DNA of 64,000 nucleotides from Candidatus Anstonellales archaeon (lineage in GTDB: Archaea > Micrarchaeota > Micrarchaeia > Anstonellales > J096), in assembly GCA_038890745.1 (NCBI GenBank), contig JAWAFD010000001.1, positions 92,809 to 156,808 on the forward strand, written 5' to 3'. Position numbers and translations under genes: made by a program. Every line of letters starts with the position of its first letter. Position 1 is the stretch's first letter. The notes beneath the pieces are model-generated. The model worked only from the letters and a program-made list of their open reading frames with translations. It made no database searches and was not told the origin of the DNA. Below are positions 58,096-64,000 of this stretch, piece after piece.

Positions 58096-58830
58096 CTATT
58101 TTAGAATCATGGCCGGTTTGTTGCCAAACCCTCTTTCTAAATCTCTCACATACCTAGTTGCTCTTATTCTACTATCATCAGTTTTTGTGCTTCTTACGTT
58201 TTCCTTTATTCTTGCCCAATCCAGCGCCCTACCGCTTATTCTCACGCTTTCAATAAGATTTTGTACATCTACATAGTCCTTATCTCTTCCAGCAGTAATC
58301 TTTGTTGCAATCAAATCTTCTATTCTTAAAACCCTTACTTTCAATTCAGAAAGAGTGCGTGAGTGTTTTATTTTTATCTCAACAGCATCGCCATACATAA
58401 ATTCTGCCCTTTTCGGATATATATGGTTTAAGTCATCTGATTTCGTGGATATATTCACATGAATCTCCTCGTTTTTAATCTCGCCTTCACTGTTCAAATA
58501 CTCAACTTTCAGAACAGGTCTCTTTGCTCCATTTCTTTGAACAGTTATTAAAAAAGCTGCATTCTCAGTTGCAAAGTAAGAACCGTTAAGCGTATTTATA
58601 ACATCTCTAACTTCCTCATCGTTTATGCCAAATATAACCATATCGTAATCATCTGTTTTTCTCAGATACTCCTCTGCGTTTTCAAAACCAACAAGGTCGA
58701 TAAGGTGTATCTGAACAGCTGCACCGCCTACAAGAATCGGGTTATAACCGGCGTTTTGAAATGCCTCAACAACTACCCTGAGCACATCAAAATAGTAATC
58801 CTCCAATAGTGTATGCCTATGTTCTTTCAT
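58096..58830 (-). CDS. Pol-beta-superfamily nucleotidyltransferase (DUF6036/AbiEii-like)
   Basis: LVGGAAV, RKTDDYD, EDLIATK..GRDKDYVD. Confidence 0.75.
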   Translation of the reverse strand: MKEHRHTLLEDYYFDVLRVVVEAFQNAGYNPILVGGAAVQIHLIDLVGFENAEEYLRKTDDYDMVIFGINDEEVRDVINTLNGSYFATENAAFLITVQRNGAKRPVLKVEYLNSEGEIKNEEIHVNISTKSDDLNHIYPKRAEFMYGDAVEIKIKHSRTLSELKVRVLRIEDLIATKITAGRDKDYVDVQNLIESVRISGRALDWARIKENVRSTKTDDSRIRATRYVRDLERGFGNKPAMILK

Positions 58831-58937
58831 GATAATATAGGGCAGGGAAGGATTTTTAAATGTATCTCTTTTATCCAAAAACTATAACATATCCAACCAT
58901 GGGCATTAATTTAAAATATTTGTTTTCAAAACTTATC

Positions 58938-59384
58938 ATGGCAAAAATGACAGTGTACATGTCCCCAAGAAAATACATCGCGATAATACTGCTTATAACC
59001 TTTGCCCTTTTTTTCATGCTTGCGGGGGTTTCGTTAGTTTTTGAAATGCCGTTTTGGTTGTATGCTTTTGTCGCTATCTTTGCAGGCATCTCAACCATTT
59101 TTGCGGTCTTTTATGCAAGAATGACAAGCCTTGATATAGATGAGTATGGTGTGGTTTTGCAGAGTGGAATTCTTATCAGGAACAAAACAACAATCCCGTT
59201 CAGCAGAATAGATAACATAAAAACTTTGAGAGGCATCTTTGATAGGCTCCTAGGACTTGGAAGCTTGGAGATAGATACCCCTGGGAAGGCCGGCGCAGAG
59301 GTGGTGATAAAAAGCCTTACTATGAATGACATACATAAGATAGAAGAGATTTTTAGAGAAAGGGTTGAGAAGAAATTATGGTAG
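58938..59384 (+). CDS. Membrane protein with bacterial PH (bPH_2) domain
   Basis: Two TM helices, then SGILIR..IPFSRI..DRLLGLGSLEIDT. Confidence 0.85.
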   Translation: MAKMTVYMSPRKYIAIILLITFALFFMLAGVSLVFEMPFWLYAFVAIFAGISTIFAVFYARMTSLDIDEYGVVLQSGILIRNKTTIPFSRIDNIKTLRGIFDRLLGLGSLEIDTPGKAGAEVVIKSLTMNDIHKIEEIFRERVEKKLW

Positions 59385-59821
59385 TGTTGAAAGGAAAGGA
59401 CGCTGAAAAAGTAGTCCAGCTAGGAATCGGAAGAGAAACAGAAAAAGGTCTTGAGCTGCATGAGATCGAGGCAGCCTATCTTGTGAAAAAAGGAAAGATA
59501 AAGTTGAAAAAAAGTTTTGAAAAGCTGATAGAAGGAAATGAAGAAAAATACCGAGTGTACGAGGATTTGCGAGAAAGAGGGTATGTAATCCGGCTTAGTA
59601 AAGAGAGCGAGTGGTTCAGGATAAATAGAAAAGGCTTCAGGAGAAACGAGGATAGGACAGTATATGTTCTGAAAGTTATGAAAGCACCATTTAAACTAAC
59701 TGATAAGGAGATTTTTGAGGATGTTTCTTTTTCTGCAAAACTTAGAAAGCAATTGGTTTATGCAATAGTCCATGAAAAAGAAATAAAATATCTTACTATT
59801 GGGAGGATGACGTTTCCTTAG
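59378..59821 (+). CDS. tRNA-intron endonuclease-like subunit, probably non-catalytic
   Basis: LHEIEAAYL, YRVYEDLRERGY, LRKQLVYAIV; catalytic Tyr/His not evident. Confidence 0.75.
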   Translation: MVVLKGKDAEKVVQLGIGRETEKGLELHEIEAAYLVKKGKIKLKKSFEKLIEGNEEKYRVYEDLRERGYVIRLSKESEWFRINRKGFRRNEDRTVYVLKVMKAPFKLTDKEIFEDVSFSAKLRKQLVYAIVHEKEIKYLTIGRMTFP

Positions 59822-60632
59822 CAATTCTTTCAGCAACTTTTTTTAATTCTGGTGGGAAGACAACTGTCCATCCACCCCTATCTAGCGTTTCCATCCCACT
59901 AATAGTCCATAGATCAACCCTTTGGAAGTTTGTTAATTCAAAATAAAACTCATGTGAAGTGTCGAATTCCACAATCTGGGTTTCGTCCCAAGGTTTTTCT
60001 CTCAACGTGAAAAGAAATATTGCAGACTCCCACCCTCTTTTTCTCGCTCGCTCTCCGTAATCTGAGGGTTTTGGAATATTATATTGCTCTAGCAGTGCAA
60101 CCCCGTTGTTATCGTATACACTATCCCCTAAAACAACGAATGCGTGTCCAGTAAAAAACCCGGTCTTAAAAACAACCAGACTGTCCGTATCCCCGCTTTC
60201 TTTAAATGCGCCCTTCAAGATTTCAACATACTTTGCATCTAAGCCGTAATTTACCATCATAGTATAAAGGCTTATACCCATCCCCCAGCATATTGACGAC
60301 CCATTAATAGCTTTTTCAAAAGTTATTATTTCTTCCTCTGCATCTACATCTTTTCTCATATCTGCATCTTTCAAAGCTTTCGCAACTTGGCTCCAATTAT
60401 TTTCATTTTCGTCATATCCTAACAACGCCGCAAGACATCTTACTTTTTTTGATTTTATTATTTCAACTTTTTTTGGAAGCCCCCCGCCTTCTTGATAAAG
60501 GTTCGGCCTGTAAAGCGTATCCACTCTCTCTGCTCTTTCTTTGAAATCCTGGCCCGCAGATCCAAAAATTGTTTCTGGTTTTGCTTGATTAAAAGAAAGA
60601 AGGAAAATTGTTGCGAACATAAGTTTTTTCAT
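59796..60632 (-). CDS. Secreted protein, possible transglutaminase-like Cys protease fold
   Basis: Signal peptide; ICW...GHAFV..VYD spacing suggests a C-H-D triad. Confidence 0.5.
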   Translation of the reverse strand: MKKLMFATIFLLSFNQAKPETIFGSAGQDFKERAERVDTLYRPNLYQEGGGLPKKVEIIKSKKVRCLAALLGYDENENNWSQVAKALKDADMRKDVDAEEEIITFEKAINGSSICWGMGISLYTMMVNYGLDAKYVEILKGAFKESGDTDSLVVFKTGFFTGHAFVVLGDSVYDNNGVALLEQYNIPKPSDYGERARKRGWESAIFLFTLREKPWDETQIVEFDTSHEFYFELTNFQRVDLWTISGMETLDRGGWTVVFPPELKKVAERIAKETSSSQ

Positions 60633-60684
60633 GTGTTATATTATGTGAGTAAATATTTAAAAATAATACCACACTTATACTATC

Positions 60685-61506
60685 ATGTCCAAATTAGATC
60701 TAACGCCAAAGTTGGAAAATGAAGAGAGATATAAACCATTCTACCTACCTTTCTCTATAAATGGATATTTCAACGCTCGAGCCGGCTATTATCTTGATAA
60801 AAATACCGGCGAGTATTATAAATTTGTTCAATTGAATCTTGGCAGTCCTGCTTTTTTCAATGAATCTATACCAAAGGATCTAGTTGGCGAAACAGTATCT
60901 CAACTTAAGAATTCCAGGATCGAGCTCTCCGCAAAACTGGCCGTAAAAGACAAGAATCCAGATGAGTACTGTAAGTATTTTAACAACATAGTTTTGGATT
61001 CAAAATCCGGTAAAAAAATTAACCTAGAAAAGAAAAATTTCAGCCTTGTGCTTTCTGCAAGCAATTTGAGCGAAGAGCATATAATAAATCTTGGCGATTT
61101 TTATCTTCTTGATGTTTCTTCATTAGAAGGCGACCGGGTTAAAATACGTGCTATGAGTAATGAAATAAAACAAATGAGTGAACAAAAGGACAAATATTAT
61201 TTTGTATGCAAACCAGAGAGGGCAGAGTTGGGCGGTATGGTTCTTTCGATACTTGGAATGTATAGAGAAGATGAGAAAGGCAAAGCTGATGTTATGTTTT
61301 TTGCTCAGCCAGAAGAAAGCGCTGTATGGCAGGATGTTGTTCAATTCTGGATAGATGTGGGTAATTATGTTTCTGCTCAACTATTAATTTCAGATTTTTC
61401 CTATCCTAAAATGTTAGATTTAATCAGCGCAGTTAATCAATTTATGCAGATAAGACCATCCTGGTTTGACCATCCAGAAAGGTCCATAATTTTTTCAACC
61501 CGCTAA
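60685..61506 (+). CDS. Hypothetical protein
   Basis: 273-aa ORF with TATA-like TATTTAAA upstream. Confidence 0.65.
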   Translation: MSKLDLTPKLENEERYKPFYLPFSINGYFNARAGYYLDKNTGEYYKFVQLNLGSPAFFNESIPKDLVGETVSQLKNSRIELSAKLAVKDKNPDEYCKYFNNIVLDSKSGKKINLEKKNFSLVLSASNLSEEHIINLGDFYLLDVSSLEGDRVKIRAMSNEIKQMSEQKDKYYFVCKPERAELGGMVLSILGMYREDEKGKADVMFFAQPEESAVWQDVVQFWIDVGNYVSAQLLISDFSYPKMLDLISAVNQFMQIRPSWFDHPERSIIFSTR

Positions 61507-61538
61507 TATTTTAAACTTCCTCCATCTTAATTATTTCA

Positions 61539-61672
61539 GGGCCCGTAGCTCAACCAGGATAGAGCGACTGGCTTCGGATGCACTCTCCTGAAAGCAGGAG
61601 CGACCAGTAGGTTGGGGGTTCAAAGAGCCCTTTTTGCTGGTGGAAAAGGGTTTGGAAATCCCCTCGGGCTCG
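61539..61672 (+). tRNA. tRNA-Arg(UCG) with two introns: 37/38 (61578-61602) and 59/60 (61625-61658)
   Basis: GGGCCCG/CGGGCTC+G; anticodon stem ACTGG/CCAGT with loop CT-TCG-G^A; T arm GGGGG-TTCAAA^T-CCCCT. Both introns form BHB motifs. Confidence 0.9.
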
Positions 61673-61673
61673 T

Positions 61674-61940
61674 ATGCAAAAAACAGAGAAGGAAAGGGCG
61701 AAAAAAGATATCGAGATGCTTTCAAAGCTTGTGGAGTATTTTGGAGAATCAGGGCTGGCGGAAAAATACAAAAGCTCTTTTGAGTGGGCAAAAAACTATC
61801 TTGCTGATGCAAAACATTACTATGAAAAGAAGGACTATTTTTCTTCCTTCGGATGCGCAAATTATGGGTATGGAATTTTGGATGGAATTTTAATAAATGA
61901 AGGAATAAAGGAAAGAGTTTTGAAGGAGCTTGGGCTCTAG
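61674..61940 (+). CDS. DUF357 family protein
   Basis: AKNYLADAKHYYEKKDYFSSFGCANYGYGILDG. Confidence 0.88.
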   Translation: MQKTEKERAKKDIEMLSKLVEYFGESGLAEKYKSSFEWAKNYLADAKHYYEKKDYFSSFGCANYGYGILDGILINEGIKERVLKELGL

Positions 61941-63334
61941 ACCTCCCAGACCTTTCTCATGTACCCCATTCCCTTCGCGCTCATCTCCTCCAAAACTTTT
62001 TTATCATAGCTTAAAACTTCCCTAACTGGGCTTCTGTACTCCCCCCAAGTTCTTAGTGCATCACGAAGTTCTGGATGGTTTTTTGCATACTCCTCAAGCG
62101 ATTTTCTATTCATAACAGCATCAACAGCCTGCCTCATAGCCATCGCGCCATAGTACGTTCCTTTTGGATGTCCATGTACCCCTCCTCCTGCCTGAATTGT
62201 AACATCCTTTCCGAAAAGCTCAATCAAAGCCGGGACTCTTGTTGGGTCCAGCCCTCCGCTTGCAACCGGCATAACCGGTTTTATCTCCCGAGCCCACTCA
62301 AACCCAAGAGAACCCAAAAACTCTGCAGGTTCGCCTTTTCTTTCTGTGATTATATCTCTCATTCTTTTTATGCGGAGGATTCCCCCCTCCATCTTTCCTA
62401 CCCCAGTTCCAACATGCAACTGGTCTATGCCTATCAACCTGTAAAATTTCTCATAAACATAAAAACTTACCCCAAAATTTCCCCTTTCATGAGCAGCATA
62501 CCCGGCCCTGTGCCCATGTATGGCTATTCCTGCCCTCTCAAGCTCCTGTTTTATCTCCATAAGAGCGCTTAATCCAAGGATGTATACATCAAGCATCGCC
62601 ATTTTCCATCCATGCTCCTTCAGATAATCCACCCTTTCCACCATCCTCGAAACCTTGTCTGTAATGTTTGTTGCGTAAAGAACCTTTCTCCCGCTCTCTT
62701 TCTCCACCTTCTCCACGACCCTCATCATTTCATCAAACCTTTCCCTCCATTTGCAGAAATTCTGGTCAACAAGGTTCTCATCATCCTTTACTAAATCAAG
62801 CCCGCCCGCGTATGCCTGGTAGGCAACGTGCGCAAACTCTTTTGGGCTGAGCCCAACCTTAGGTTTTACTATTGTTCCTATGTGCGGCCTTCTGTTTTTT
62901 TCAGTCCCAACCATTTTTCTTATTCCTTCTATCCCGAACCGTGGCCCAGTGAAAATTTTCTGCCATTTCAATGGGAAAGAAATATCTAGGATATAAAGTT
63001 CCTCAAGCTCCTTCAATCCGAATATGTTCCCCATAACAGATGCCTGAAACTGGAGGGGGTTTTTCCAGTCAAAATGCCTAAACGGATATGCAATCTTTAT
63101 GTATCCGGAGTACTCGCTAGCTTTTTTTATCTCAAAAACCCTTGCCTTTAATTTCTGAAACATATGTTGTTTTACTGTTGAAAGTTTTGTCCATGTTCCC
63201 ACAGAACTTTCAGCGGCTATCGCCTCTGCTATCTTTTCGATGTTGAACTTTCCCTTCGCCCAGAGAAGAACTACAAAATCATCCTCCTCAGGCTTGTAAT
63301 CCGGCTCTAGATAAGAATATCCACCATATGGCAT
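61937..63334 (-). CDS. rbcL: RuBisCO large subunit, form III or III-like
   Basis: AAESSVGTW, GTIVKPKVGL, DLVKDDENL, HGHRAG, GVGKMEG, VASGG, QAGGGVHGHP; catalytic residues are present. Confidence 0.93.
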   Translation of the reverse strand: MPYGGYSYLEPDYKPEEDDFVVLLWAKGKFNIEKIAEAIAAESSVGTWTKLSTVKQHMFQKLKARVFEIKKASEYSGYIKIAYPFRHFDWKNPLQFQASVMGNIFGLKELEELYILDISFPLKWQKIFTGPRFGIEGIRKMVGTEKNRRPHIGTIVKPKVGLSPKEFAHVAYQAYAGGLDLVKDDENLVDQNFCKWRERFDEMMRVVEKVEKESGRKVLYATNITDKVSRMVERVDYLKEHGWKMAMLDVYILGLSALMEIKQELERAGIAIHGHRAGYAAHERGNFGVSFYVYEKFYRLIGIDQLHVGTGVGKMEGGILRIKRMRDIITERKGEPAEFLGSLGFEWAREIKPVMPVASGGLDPTRVPALIELFGKDVTIQAGGGVHGHPKGTYYGAMAMRQAVDAVMNRKSLEEYAKNHPELRDALRTWGEYRSPVREVLSYDKKVLEEMSAKGMGYMRKVWEV

Positions 63335-63361
63335 ACCATCACCAAAGAAGATGGGGGTGCG

Positions 63362-63964
63362 ATGTTTAAAAATTTAATGGGAAAAATACCAAGCATGATA
63401 AACATTCCGTTAGTGTTGCAGATATTCGCACTCATAAACCCATTCTCTTCATTACCGGTGCTCGCATCGGCTTATACAAAAAAAATGAATCTAAAAGAGA
63501 TCGCCATGCAGTCGACATTCATCGCTCTTGTTGTTGCGATTGCAATGATATTCATCGGTCCTTTTCTTTTCGATGTTTTTAATGTTAGCATATCTGCATT
63601 CAGGGTTGCTGGGGGGATAATAATTCTTCTCTTAGGCATAAGCACAGCCCGCGCGAGTACCGAATCATCAAAAGTAGATACTGTGGAGGTTTTGGTCTCT
63701 CTCATCGCCACCCCTCTTCTAACCGGTCCTGCTACAATCTCATTCCTAACAATAAAAACATATGAATTGGGGATTTTCACCGCCCTCGTGAATACTATTG
63801 TTTCGTTTATTCTTGTAGGCGTAGTATTCTTTTTGTTCGCTTCTTTCATACCGAAAATAAGCATGAAAATAGTTGGTATTATCTCGAGGGTTCTTGGTCT
63901 TTTTTTAACTGCGGTTGCAATAGAGATGCTCGCTGCAGGTATAAAAGGCATGTTTTTTGTTTAA
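63362..63964 (+). CDS. MarC family membrane protein
   Basis: INPFSSLP, FRVAGGIIILL, ATPLLTGPATI, RVLGLFLTAVAIEM. Confidence 0.92.
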   Translation: MFKNLMGKIPSMINIPLVLQIFALINPFSSLPVLASAYTKKMNLKEIAMQSTFIALVVAIAMIFIGPFLFDVFNVSISAFRVAGGIIILLLGISTARASTESSKVDTVEVLVSLIATPLLTGPATISFLTIKTYELGIFTALVNTIVSFILVGVVFFLFASFIPKISMKIVGIISRVLGLFLTAVAIEMLAAGIKGMFFV

Positions 63965-64000
63965 GCCCGCACTCAGCAGGAATAAGCGCCAGGGGGGTAT

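Noticed and set aside
61531..61893. ORFs 61531-61860, 61550-61771 and 61612-61893
   Set aside because: They overlap tRNA-Arg and the DUF357 gene; shadow ORFs.
291..63951. Many short antisense or alternate-frame ORFs in the track
   Set aside because: They lie within confidently identified genes and show no motifs.
63962..64000. GC-rich end as part of a structured RNA (RNase P or SRP)
   Set aside because: Only about 40 nt are visible with no diagnostic motif; it could equally be the end of a CDS.

Overview
Gene-dense, AT-rich archaeal chromosome segment, most consistent with a DPANN archaeon, probably Micrarchaeota. This is inferred from TBP, TFE, rpl21e-rpo4, form III RuBisCO, multi-intron tRNAs, a small [FeFe]-hydrogenase and bacterial-type GAPDH. 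Most of it is housekeeping: pheT, trpS, thiI, purF/purL/purQ, hef, lhr, nreA, uppS, trxB and two beta-helix surface proteins. The best candidate for an undescribed system is two related AAA+ ATPase/wHTH/PD-(D/E)xK genes (13059-14252, 26934-28199), each bracketed by its own palindromic direct repeat in the same layout (repeat-TATA-gene-stop-repeat), which suggests mobile or self-regulated cassettes. Other signals: three tRNAs with BHB introns, including tRNA-Ile(UAU) and two related 59/60 introns; a box C/D sRNA; a 255-bp near-identical inverted repeat joining two m5C methyltransferase operons; a shared palindrome beside two PIP-box DNA repair genes and an orphan Cas2-like gene; a G5/C5 repeat block after tRNA-Val; and a minimal H-cluster-only [FeFe]-hydrogenase. 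All calls come from motif recognition by eye; no database searches were run.
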